Part shown: in pieces, positions 22,246-31,305 of the stretch
Layout of the letters: each line of letters starts with the position of its first letter
Position numbering within the stretch: the stretch's first letter is position 1
From: a virus
DNA: 64,000 nucleotides
Reading direction: 5' to 3' (one strand)
IMG/VR virus record: IMGVR_UViG_3300042691_012617
Coordinates: 96,001-160,000 of that record
Made by a program: the position numbers and the translations under genes
The notes under the pieces: generated by a model
The model's database searches: none
Told to the model about the DNA's origin: nothing
What the model saw: the letters and a program-made list of their open reading frames with translations, nothing else

Positions 22246-23624
22246 GCAGTTGCAGAAAGATTATTAAAGAACTGATCCACAATCTTGGAGATGTATGAAA
22301 TCTGTTCCTCTGTGATAACGGGGCTTGTCCCCAAGAAGAAGGTGTCTTTGGTCACCTTGGTTGCCACGGGGAAGTCATTCTTGGCATCCATATCAACTGC
22401 TAGATGCTCATATCCAGGCTGTAGCAGAATGTTGCCACCGAAATAGTTCCTTGTTTGAATCTTGTTGTCTTCCAAGAACATCGTGAGATCGGTTCTCTTG
22501 AAGGGTGCCCCATCTCTGATTGTAAGTGGAAATGCAAACCAAGCAGGATCGGCCTTTGGTGTGGGGATCGGCAAGTGGAAGTACTGCCCGTACTTGGAGA
22601 ACACATTCAAGAGCAGGGAGTAGTTTCGCTTTCTGATGTCGATGATGTTGTCCAACCGATCAAGTTGAACAAGTCCCATCGCTGCTTGCAGATCAAGAGG
22701 CTTTAGGTTGTAGCCAATCTCCTCATAGACATACTTGTGATCGAAGATCTCATCAGGCATGCTTGGAAGCCAGTTGCTGAACCGCTTCTTGCACATACCG
22801 TTCTTAAGACAGGACGCAGCCTTGCCCGAGCAATAACAGCCTCGCCCCCACTCCCTCAGACTCTTGATCAGCATTTCCTGCTCTTTAGTTCTAGTGGCAA
22901 TGAAACCACCTTCGCCCATCGTTATGTGGTGGGCAGGATAGAATGAACAACTAGCCATCTCACCGAACGAGCCTAGCATCTTGCCATCGTAGGTGCTTCC
23001 CAAGGCATCGCAGCAGTCCTCAATCAAGATGAGGTCATACTTTTTCACGATGTCCATCACGGCATCCATGTTGGGAGGATTGCCTAGGACATGTGCAAAC
23101 ATCAATGCCCGTGCCCCGTTCTTGGCGGCTTCCTCCAACTTGACCACATCCAAATTCAGAGTATCGACTTCAATGTCGATGAATACTGGCGTGAATCCGT
23201 TCTGAATGATGGGGTTCACAGTAGTCGGAAATCCTGCAACAGGGGTGATGATCTTGGACCCCTTCGGAAGATTCCAAATCTTCCGCGATGTGAGAGCAGA
23301 CACCATCAGGAGGTTTGCGCTAGAACCGCTGTTTGTGAGACAGCCGTGATCCTTTCCAAGCCGCTTGGGGAACTTGTTTTCAAACCTAGTACCGTTCTCT
23401 CCTAGGCAGAGCCAACCACCCAAGAGGCATTCAATGACTGCGATGTACTCCTTCTCGTCCATGAACGAGCCTGAATACTGCACCCAATCAGTTCCTTCCT
23501 GCCAAGTCTTTTTCTTGGAAGAAACAATTTCGGTGACCAGTTTGTTGATCAACTGCTGCTTGTCTTCAAGACGAATGTTTAGTTCCACCACTTGTAGATA
23601 CCTCTTGCTTGCTTTGGTGTCCAA
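22242..23624 (-). CDS. rfbH: NDP-4-keto-6-deoxyglucose 3-dehydrase (RfbH/DdhC, E1); start uncertain
   Basis: DegT fold with SFYPAHHITMGEGG (His at the PLP-Lys position), EDCCDALG, WGRGCYC...C...CKKRF Fe-S cysteines. Confidence 0.88.
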   Translation of the reverse strand: MDTKASKRYLQVVELNIRLEDKQQLINKLVTEIVSSKKKTWQEGTDWVQYSGSFMDEKEYIAVIECLLGGWLCLGENGTRFENKFPKRLGKDHGCLTNSGSSANLLMVSALTSRKIWNLPKGSKIITPVAGFPTTVNPIIQNGFTPVFIDIEVDTLNLDVVKLEEAAKNGARALMFAHVLGNPPNMDAVMDIVKKYDLILIEDCCDALGSTYDGKMLGSFGEMASCSFYPAHHITMGEGGFIATRTKEQEMLIKSLREWGRGCYCSGKAASCLKNGMCKKRFSNWLPSMPDEIFDHKYVYEEIGYNLKPLDLQAAMGLVQLDRLDNIIDIRKRNYSLLLNVFSKYGQYFHLPIPTPKADPAWFAFPLTIRDGAPFKRTDLTMFLEDNKIQTRNYFGGNILLQPGYEHLAVDMDAKNDFPVATKVTKDTFFLGTSPVITEEQISYISKIVDQFFNNLSATA

Positions 23625-24472
23625 CCTATGTTGCGAATTTTACTGGTGTTCAGCGAGTAGCGCAAGTCTTGTCCCCACCGATTCGGAACAAATTGTATCT
23701 CGTCTCTTGTTTTTCCAAAGACATTCAAAAGCGTTTCAACCACCTCAAGATTGGTCATGTGGTTGTCTGCACCGATATTGAAGGTATCGTTCTTGACACC
23801 GTTCGCAATCAGGGTGTAGATTCCATCTGCATTGTCCTTCACATAAATCCAATCTCGCACATAGGAACCGTCTCCGTGGAGAGGAATCTTCTTTCCAGTT
23901 TCAAGGCAGCGAATCGACTTGGGGATCAACTTTTCATAATATTGCCGCTGACCATAGTTGTTCGAACTGCGGGTAATCAGGTAGTTGATTCCGTAGGTGC
24001 GATGATAGGAAAGAACAAGCATTTCCGCTGCTGCCTTGGACGCGGAATACGGGTTGCTAGGAGTCAGTTTGTCAGACTCGCTGAAAGACCCATTTGGTCT
24101 ATCTCCATAAACCTCATCTGTGCTGATCTGTACAAATAGAGGTCTCTCATGTGGTGGCTTGCCACGGATGATCTCAAGTAGATTGTGAACCCCAATGATG
24201 TTGCTTCTGATGAAGGGGTTTGTATCGTTGATTGAGTTGTCAACATGAGTTTCGGCAGCAAAGTTGACAAGAACATCACAAGAAGGGAGATGCTTTATCT
24301 CGCAGATATCTGCCTTGTGGTGCTTGTAGTTTGGATTGCCATCGAAAGGCAGTTCCTCATTTGAGCAGTAGGTCATGCAGTCGAAATCAACGACCTTATG
24401 CCCCTCTGCAAGAGCCTTTTCGACAAAGTGACTACCAATAAAGCCACGCCCGCCTGTCACAACTAGTTCCAT
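23579..24472 (-). CDS. rfbB: dTDP-glucose 4,6-dehydratase
   Basis: NFAAETHVDNSI, ISTDEVYG, PYSASKA, EKLIPK, VRDWIYVKD. Confidence 0.92.
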   Translation of the reverse strand: MELVVTGGRGFIGSHFVEKALAEGHKVVDFDCMTYCSNEELPFDGNPNYKHHKADICEIKHLPSCDVLVNFAAETHVDNSINDTNPFIRSNIIGVHNLLEIIRGKPPHERPLFVQISTDEVYGDRPNGSFSESDKLTPSNPYSASKAAAEMLVLSYHRTYGINYLITRSSNNYGQRQYYEKLIPKSIRCLETGKKIPLHGDGSYVRDWIYVKDNADGIYTLIANGVKNDTFNIGADNHMTNLEVVETLLNVFGKTRDEIQFVPNRWGQDLRYSLNTSKIRNIGWTPKQARGIYKWWN

Positions 24473-24489
24473 GATAAACCTTTCAGATG

Positions 24490-25317
24490 TCAAATGCCTA
24501 GAATTTTGTCAACCGCTTGCATCGTATTTATGGATGGTCTGTATCCATAGGATCGAAGTTTGTCGTTGTTGAGACAAACATCTTTCACCTGTACAACCCG
24601 ATGAAAATGCGGAGTTTCAATCGACACCAACTCCGATGATGAGTTCAGTTTGTCCTTGCTATATCGTATGATGTCGCCAATCTTGCTTGGCTCAGAGTTG
24701 CTTATGTTTATGATCTCGCCCACGGGGGCGCGAGTCACGGATGTGTTGATAGCCCTACATGCATCTTCAACATCCATGAAATCTCTGATGTTGGAACCCC
24801 CGTCATAGAGTTTAACTGGCTCGTCTGCTCTCAAGAGGTTGATCATGTTTTGCAGAGCGTTCTTCTTGGGGGAAACACCCCTATCACCGCTGCCAATGAT
24901 GTTGGTTAAGCGAAGTATTCGGTACTTCATCCCCATCGTTTCACAGTAGCAAATCAGCATCTGCTCTGCCGCTCTTTTTGTGATGGAATAGAATCCTCTA
25001 GGATCGCAGGGATCAGATTCCTTTGTGTCTAGAGTGCAGTTCATCCCATATACAAACCAAGAACTCACAAAATTGAAAGTGGCAGTTGGATACTTCTTTC
25101 GTGAAGATTCCAACACATCAATCAACTTGCTGAGATTGGTGTCGATGTCCTTGTGCGGTTCTGTAAAGATGTGATAGTTGTGAGTCGTACTGATGAAGTA
25201 CAAAATGCTGTCGGACAGCGGCTCGTCTTGATCCCGAGGAACCAACACAGTATCACCGCCATACATCTTCGCGTATGTTCCACCAACAAATCCTGTGCCA
25301 CCATATACAGAGATCAT
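24490..25317 (-). CDS. NAD-dependent epimerase/4-ketoreductase (SDR)
   Basis: GGTGFVG, SSWFVYG, YSITK, RDFMDV. Confidence 0.8.
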   Translation of the reverse strand: MISVYGGTGFVGGTYAKMYGGDTVLVPRDQDEPLSDSILYFISTTHNYHIFTEPHKDIDTNLSKLIDVLESSRKKYPTATFNFVSSWFVYGMNCTLDTKESDPCDPRGFYSITKRAAEQMLICYCETMGMKYRILRLTNIIGSGDRGVSPKKNALQNMINLLRADEPVKLYDGGSNIRDFMDVEDACRAINTSVTRAPVGEIINISNSEPSKIGDIIRYSKDKLNSSSELVSIETPHFHRVVQVKDVCLNNDKLRSYGYRPSINTMQAVDKILGI

Positions 25318-25321
25318 GATG

Positions 25322-26206
25322 TTAGGCCCCAATCTTCATCTGTTCAATCCACCAAGAAGACTTCAACATATTCATATTCCATGTTGTCTTACTGAACTCT
25401 TCGTATGTCTTGTTTAGAAGGTCTTCAGTCACATCTTGGTACGAATTTACGAACAGAATCGGTAGATTTCTCTCTAGCGAGGAGTGAACATGATTCCTCT
25501 GAACAATAGGAATCACACCACAATAAAGAGACTCCCACATTCGATGTGTATCAACTCCATTACCACGCGGGCAAAGCATGAACTTGTGATCAAGAAGTTC
25601 TTCTTTGTATGACCCCAATTGACCACCCTCTACGGGCTGACGAACAGTAGCCCACGGCTTGTCCGAGAACATTGGATACAGAGGCTCACGAACATCAGGT
25701 CGAGTCCATGTACGATGGTTCACATAAAGAAGACGGTTGCCTTTTGTTTTGGCAGCATCAAGCCCCCTCTTAGCGGTTAGACCCAACACACAGAAGTCAT
25801 CCGCGATTCCTAGGGGGACACCGTGTGCCCTACTGCACTCATTATTACATCCCCACCATGTGACTGAAAGTTTTGACTGCATCGCGTCAAAGATAGAGTC
25901 GGTGATTGCGTAATCACTTTGTCCCGTCAGTAGAATGAAAGGAGTGCTACATCTGTTGTTGTTCAGGTACGCAACTAGATGTCGCAAGTAGTCGAACTTA
26001 CAGTAGACTACGGATTTTGGAGTTAGGGCAGCAAAGTTAAACAGATTGATATAATCGCCGTGATGATTGCTTCTACGGGCAACTTGCTGTGCTGTTGGGG
26101 GAATTCGATATGCGCCATCCAATGCAGATATGGCAAACCAAAAATCACATTTGGATATTAGGTTTTGAGAACTTAGTACCTCTGTTGGCTCAATTTGCAG
26201 ATTCAT
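25322..26206 (-). CDS. Exostosin/GT47-like glycosyltransferase
   Basis: KFMLCPRGNGVDTHRMWESLYCGVIPIV. Confidence 0.75.
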   Translation of the reverse strand: MNLQIEPTEVLSSQNLISKCDFWFAISALDGAYRIPPTAQQVARRSNHHGDYINLFNFAALTPKSVVYCKFDYLRHLVAYLNNNRCSTPFILLTGQSDYAITDSIFDAMQSKLSVTWWGCNNECSRAHGVPLGIADDFCVLGLTAKRGLDAAKTKGNRLLYVNHRTWTRPDVREPLYPMFSDKPWATVRQPVEGGQLGSYKEELLDHKFMLCPRGNGVDTHRMWESLYCGVIPIVQRNHVHSSLERNLPILFVNSYQDVTEDLLNKTYEEFSKTTWNMNMLKSSWWIEQMKIGA

Positions 26207-27009
26207 AGTTCGTGTCGATTCTCCCTGAACCATGTCTCCCCTGGGTACATGTGAGGAGTTTCCATGCCCGTTCTAGTCTTGAAGGGCGTAGCCATGCAGC
26301 CACATGCTTTGTTAGTTCCTGTCGGATCCTCTTCCATCTTCATCCCAAACATGAAGTGAGTATTGTAAGCGGTGTACTTACTGTTTGGCTTGGTCTTGGT
26401 GTTCTTTCCAGGCAAGCACTTTTCGTCGCAGTTGTAGAGCAGATTTGGTGTGAGATAGTTTCGCATGTGGCGACCAAAACGATTCTCAAATCGCCACATC
26501 CAATCGCCATCCTCCTCACCAAAGCCAATCAGTCTCTCGTCAAAGTATCCAACTCTTGATGGATCCGTCATGTCCTTTCGATACACACAGAAATGACCCC
26601 AATGGTAGTTGATTCGGAAGGACTCGTCGCTCTGAGTCCGATTTTCAACAAGCATCTTCTCAAAGTCATCGAAGAACCCATCCTTGAAAATGGTGTCATC
26701 GCTGAGGATCAGGGTGTAGTCATGGCTTGTGAAGTTCACGGAGGTGTTCCACATGAAAGAACAACCACGCATAAATGGCGACATCACAAGGTAGGTGTTT
26801 GGGAAGTTGGAGGCATAGTTAAGCATGCCCCTTCGATAGTCTTCACTAAACGGCTCGTTGTTTTGACCGTTAACAAAGATCACCTTCTCAACGCTCGGTC
26901 TCTGACGGTGAAGGTTCGCAAGAAGAACCTTGAAGTACGAATCGAATCTATAGACATATGTCTGAACTGCGATGCTGTAAGTTGGTTTTTCCATGTTGTA
27001 GTCTTTCAA
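26203..27009 (-). CDS. Glycosyltransferase family 2-like
   Basis: LILSDD, GYFDER..GFGEEDGD. Confidence 0.75.
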   Translation of the reverse strand: MKDYNMEKPTYSIAVQTYVYRFDSYFKVLLANLHRQRPSVEKVIFVNGQNNEPFSEDYRRGMLNYASNFPNTYLVMSPFMRGCSFMWNTSVNFTSHDYTLILSDDTIFKDGFFDDFEKMLVENRTQSDESFRINYHWGHFCVYRKDMTDPSRVGYFDERLIGFGEEDGDWMWRFENRFGRHMRNYLTPNLLYNCDEKCLPGKNTKTKPNSKYTAYNTHFMFGMKMEEDPTGTNKACGCMATPFKTRTGMETPHMYPGETWFRENRHEL

Positions 27010-27653
27010 ATCTTAACTCGTTGAATTTGATCGTGTGGGATCGGCTGAAATGGTGCTTGCGAAACAGTCGAAGACCATTGATACTTGCACATCACCTTGT
27101 CGATTACCAATTCTGTCTTCGCTTTTGAGATTGCGTCCATGACAAAGATGGTGTCCTCTTGAGTGTTTGAATCGCCAAAAGGAATGTTTCTTGCAAACGC
27201 AGTCTTCCATGCACACCAATGCCAAGGCGGTCGATTACAAGGAATGGGATTGCCGCGATCATCTGTGGCTAGTTGATCGAAAGGAAACTTACAGTTGTGC
27301 TTGAGACTTGTGCGGATAGTCCACGACTTGCCATCGATGTTTGCATCTTGGTTATAGCAAATGACATCCACATCCAAATCGTTGATAATAGCCTTCCGCA
27401 TGGTTTCAACGAAGTCAGGGGTCACATCGTCATCATCATCAATGATGCATGTGTACTTGCCTTGAGCGATGTGAAACAGGCACGACCTCTTTCTGCCAAT
27501 GCTCATGACCCTGTTGTCCATGATAGTCAGCACTTCAATGTCCTTCTGATCACCGATCTGTGACAGAAGCCTAGCATAAAGAGGCTCCAAATGCATTCGT
27601 GTTCTGTTCGGAAGGCTCGGAATACCGATTGTAAGTTTGATGTTCTTGTTCAT
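27006..27653 (-). CDS. Glycosyltransferase family 2
   Basis: LTIGIPS, SIGRKR, GKY..IIDDDD, QED. Confidence 0.8.
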   Translation of the reverse strand: MNKNIKLTIGIPSLPNRTRMHLEPLYARLLSQIGDQKDIEVLTIMDNRVMSIGRKRSCLFHIAQGKYTCIIDDDDDVTPDFVETMRKAIINDLDVDVICYNQDANIDGKSWTIRTSLKHNCKFPFDQLATDDRGNPIPCNRPPWHWCAWKTAFARNIPFGDSNTQEDTIFVMDAISKAKTELVIDKVMCKYQWSSTVSQAPFQPIPHDQIQRVKI

Positions 27654-28246
27654 CGTGCCACCTGATGGTTGTGCGTCTCTTCGAAAGTCTTGCTGCACTT
27701 GTAGTTGTAGATCACTCCCTCAATCCACTCCTCTTTCTTGAGGTAATGGCGAATACCCATGCTGAACGAACGGTCCTCCCCGCTGTTCCATGGTGGAAAC
27801 CCAACCTGTACAGCAATTGCCCTACGAACAGCATTGAGGTGGTTCGGGGGTCGATAGTACACCTTGCCCTCATGATCATCAATCCATTGAGTATAGCGAA
27901 GCGAGTGAATGAACGGTCGGCTATAACCATCTGAGAAGACGATCTCGCCCGTGAGGGACGAGCAGTCGGGGTTCTTCGTCAGAGCATTCAGAACCTTTTC
28001 GATATAGTCGGGGCTGACCGTGTCATCGTCATCAACAAAGGCAACATACTCGCCTGTTGATTGGGTGAGCAGCATGTTGCGCTTCTGCCCGATGCTCATC
28101 TGCCTGTTGTCAGACAGGGACAGCACTTCGACATTTCGCTTGCCGATCTGATTTGCCAGTTCGGCTTTCAGTTGCTCAAGTTTGGGCTTCCGCTCCTCTA
28201 GGCTAGGAATCAGAATAGAAAGTTTATGCATTGGTCGCCAAGACAT
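27650..28246 (-). CDS. Glycosyltransferase family 2 (paralog of 27006..27653)
   Basis: LSILIPS, SIGQKRN, GEYVAFVDDDD, GED. Confidence 0.82.
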   Translation of the reverse strand: MSWRPMHKLSILIPSLEERKPKLEQLKAELANQIGKRNVEVLSLSDNRQMSIGQKRNMLLTQSTGEYVAFVDDDDTVSPDYIEKVLNALTKNPDCSSLTGEIVFSDGYSRPFIHSLRYTQWIDDHEGKVYYRPPNHLNAVRRAIAVQVGFPPWNSGEDRSFSMGIRHYLKKEEWIEGVIYNYKCSKTFEETHNHQVAR

Positions 28247-28952
28247 TCTTGATCTCCTCGGGCTTTAGGTCAAAGTTTCTTGCAAGACGCTCCTCAAAAA
28301 GCGGCTTGTCGTGTGCATACATTTCGGGAGACTCGTTCCGCGCATGGAGTGCATCGGGAGTCGTAGCCCCAACCCATTGGTGCTGAATGATGACATGATC
28401 AATGAACACGACCTTGCCAAGCATCTTCGCAACTTCCGTGAACTCATTGTCGCAGAATACGGACTTATACCCAGGGTAGTAAAGGTACCCAAAGCGTTCG
28501 AAATACTTGCGCCCCAAGATGGATAGTGTGATCAACTTGTTGCCTCCTGAGAATCCATCGTTAAACCACAGGACACCATCCGTGTCGGGGAAGAACTTCG
28601 CCATCGCCCGTGCAATGACATCGTCGTAACCTCCGTGGATAGGAATCATATCATCGGATGCAAGCAGGATGACATCGGGATTCAGGCGACGAACCACATC
28701 CAAGTCAGCGTTGATGGCAGAGATCTTGCCCGTGGACTTGCCACATACGGGATGGATACGCCCCTCAAGTTGTGAATTCAAACGACTGAACAGCGACCAC
28801 ATGTTGTCATTGTTCATGCTCGGATCGTCGTGATCAAACGAAACAACGAAATGTACCTCATGCATCCCCGAAAGGAAGTTGATGTACTTGTTCAATACTC
28901 CCACAAACTTTTCAGGTCGCCCCCGCGTGGGGAACTTAATCACCATTCTCAT
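28224..28952 (-). CDS. Glycosyltransferase family 2-like
   Basis: KFPTRGRP, LASDDM, YKSVFCDNEFT. Confidence 0.78.
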   Translation of the reverse strand: MRMVIKFPTRGRPEKFVGVLNKYINFLSGMHEVHFVVSFDHDDPSMNNDNMWSLFSRLNSQLEGRIHPVCGKSTGKISAINADLDVVRRLNPDVILLASDDMIPIHGGYDDVIARAMAKFFPDTDGVLWFNDGFSGGNKLITLSILGRKYFERFGYLYYPGYKSVFCDNEFTEVAKMLGKVVFIDHVIIQHQWVGATTPDALHARNESPEMYAHDKPLFEERLARNFDLKPEEIKNVLATNA

Positions 28953-29448
28953 CGGTCTCTCCCTTGTCATCATCGATGAACTCTACGACAGCATTCCCCG
29001 AATAATCGGCGGCATACTGCTTGGCTCGGCTGTAAAGAGATGAATCAACCTCACGGACATACTTGATGAAGTTGAGTGCGAAGTTCTGAATCGCATCATC
29101 AACCATCTGCTGCTCCTCTTCAGTCATCTCCTCGTCTTCCTCAGGATGCTCGTCGCCGTAGTCGCGGTCATCGTTTGGTAGATTGATGCCACACTCCTCG
29201 GCAAGTTCCCGCATAGAGCAACCGAAGACCATGGCGGGTGTTCCCTCTCCAAGCCAACCGCCCAAGCAGTTGTGTTCAATCCATTCAACTGCCTCGTCTT
29301 CCTCCATGTTGTCTCGCTTGATCAGAATGTCAATACAGCGACCATAGTCATAGACCGCGATTGCGCTCTTCTGACCGAATCGGCGCAGGACACCGATGAA
29401 TGCGGGTTCAAAGCCGTCCCATAGGAGCGGCGGTGTATCATTCGACAT
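28936..29448 (-). CDS. Conserved phage hypothetical protein
   Basis: DGF..A.IG...AVYDY..CI..L...M...EA.E....N..G.W.GE.TP pattern. Confidence 0.7.
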   Translation of the reverse strand: MSNDTPPLLWDGFEPAFIGVLRRFGQKSAIAVYDYGRCIDILIKRDNMEEDEAVEWIEHNCLGGWLGEGTPAMVFGCSMRELAEECGINLPNDDRDYGDEHPEEDEEMTEEEQQMVDDAIQNFALNFIKYVREVDSSLYSRAKQYAADYSGNAVVEFIDDDKGETDENGD

Positions 29449-30484
29449 CCTTGACCTCCTCCATGTCCTCATCCTGTCCGTACTTGAACTCCTTGGCAGC
29501 AGCCTCATCAAGAGCCTTGATCACATCCTCTGTGAACCACTTCTCAGGATTCTTGATGATCTTGGATTCAAAGTCAGACTTGCCATCAGGGAATTGAACC
29601 TTGTTTGCAACCTTCTTGAAGATTGCATGCTTGATGCCTAGATCGATCAGACCGTAATACCGATCAAGACCGCTATCGAAGTTCAGGAGGACATCAACCA
29701 CGCGGTTCTCCTTGGTGAGGCGGCTCTTGTAAGCCTTGCAATGAATGATGTTGCCGATGATCTGTCCGTCACCGTCCTTGTGCTTCTTCTTGGACAGGTA
29801 GATGATCGTAGTTGCGGCGTACTTGAGACCGCTGCCGCCACCCATCTCCTTGGTCGGGACATATGCACCCACAACATCGTAGGTGTGGTTCGTCACAATC
29901 ATGGGAATGTTATGCTTGCCCAACTTGAGGGTCACGGTGCGGAAGACAGACTTGATGACCTGACTGCGGGTCATGTCGCGGACTTCCTTGCCTTCTGTGC
30001 TGTCGTTCATCTCCTTGGAAGTCGAAAGCATTCCAAGAGAGTCAAGCACGATCATCATCGGCTTTCGCTCTGCCTTGTCCAACTTGCCGTAGTTCTCAAG
30101 GATCTGAAGCACCTGATGACGGAACTGCTCCACGGTGGAGACAGGGAACACGGCAACGCGAGTCTTGTCAAGACCACGCTCGGCAATCATCGTGCTTGTC
30201 ACAGCCTGTTCGGAATCGAAGTACAGGATCGCCCCGTCCTTGTTGTCCTTGAGGAACTGCGCTGCGATGCCTAGGGCAAAGTATGTCTTGCCCGTGGCAG
30301 ACTCACCCGCGATTCCTAGGATCTTGTTGTCGGGGATTCCCCCCTTCAGACTGCCCGATACGAGGGCATTGAAGGCGTAGGAGCCTGTATCGATGAAGCC
30401 ACCGACATCGGCTTCCAAACCATCGTTTGCGATAGAGGCGTATTCGTTACCGCTGTTCTTGACGAGTGTCTTCAGAAAGTTCAT
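29438..30484 (-). CDS. uvsX: RecA-like recombinase (T4 UvsX)
   Basis: IDTGSY, AGESATGKT, LDSLGML, DMTR, MGGGSGLKYAA. Confidence 0.96.
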   Translation of the reverse strand: MNFLKTLVKNSGNEYASIANDGLEADVGGFIDTGSYAFNALVSGSLKGGIPDNKILGIAGESATGKTYFALGIAAQFLKDNKDGAILYFDSEQAVTSTMIAERGLDKTRVAVFPVSTVEQFRHQVLQILENYGKLDKAERKPMMIVLDSLGMLSTSKEMNDSTEGKEVRDMTRSQVIKSVFRTVTLKLGKHNIPMIVTNHTYDVVGAYVPTKEMGGGSGLKYAATTIIYLSKKKHKDGDGQIIGNIIHCKAYKSRLTKENRVVDVLLNFDSGLDRYYGLIDLGIKHAIFKKVANKVQFPDGKSDFESKIIKNPEKWFTEDVIKALDEAAAKEFKYGQDEDMEEVKDVE

Positions 30485-30517
30485 TGTGTATACCTCACTA
30501 GGTTGATTTAGTTAATC

Positions 30518-31291
30518 TTACACCAAGCCATCGGGCTTGTCAAAGGGATCCGAGCCATATTTACAAACCTTCTCAAAAGTTTCGTATGTGTAGCCAACTT
30601 CATTCAGAGTCTTTAGGACTTGCTCCAACTCCTCCCGCGTGATGTGCGCGTCCGCGTGTGTGCCCGTGTGTGCGTCCGCGCCCGTGGGGCGAATGTCATG
30701 GAAGATGATGCTGATGCCCTTCTGAGCCTCTGCGGTCTCCCGTAGCCCCTCTAGGACGCGCTCCATGGCTCCGCTGCGGATCAGGGCTTCCCGTGGCTCC
30801 TCTTCCTTACCGAGTCTGTTCGGACTGAAAAACATGCGTTGTCCTGAGTAGAAGTGCGACTCGTTCCCAGGTCTTACATAGCAAAAGAATGGACTCACGG
30901 CTGAGTAAAGAGTCTCATCAAAGTGAGAGTATGGAAATGCGAAGTGGGTCGGCTTGAATCCCGCTCCTGCCATGTCTTCCATTGCGGGAAGCACCTCGTC
31001 ATCGATGTAGCGGTCGATGTCATAACGGCGACTGTACACCAATGCATCCTTATGACTCTTGCTATGACAGCCAATCACATGACCATCCTCGCGCAGTTCC
31101 TTGAGCATCTGAAGTTCGCTGACTTCCAACATGTGGAACGAATCGACATAGAACGCAACCTTTGCGTTGTACTTGTTGAACAGGTCACGGCATGCATACC
31201 AGTTCGACACCGAATGGTCATCGAACGAAAGGTGTACATGTGGGTACTTGACCTTTTCCTCGCTGAGAAATGATCGGAATGCCTGAGCCAT
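30518..31291 (-). CDS. Polysaccharide deacetylase (NodB/CE4-like)
   Basis: LSFDD, IGCHSKSH, FAFPY, IIFH; late promoter at 31298..31304. Confidence 0.8.
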   Translation of the reverse strand: MAQAFRSFLSEEKVKYPHVHLSFDDHSVSNWYACRDLFNKYNAKVAFYVDSFHMLEVSELQMLKELREDGHVIGCHSKSHKDALVYSRRYDIDRYIDDEVLPAMEDMAGAGFKPTHFAFPYSHFDETLYSAVSPFFCYVRPGNESHFYSGQRMFFSPNRLGKEEEPREALIRSGAMERVLEGLRETAEAQKGISIIFHDIRPTGADAHTGTHADAHITREELEQVLKTLNEVGYTYETFEKVCKYGSDPFDKPDGLV

Positions 31292-31305
31292 ACGCTCTAT
31301 TTAGG

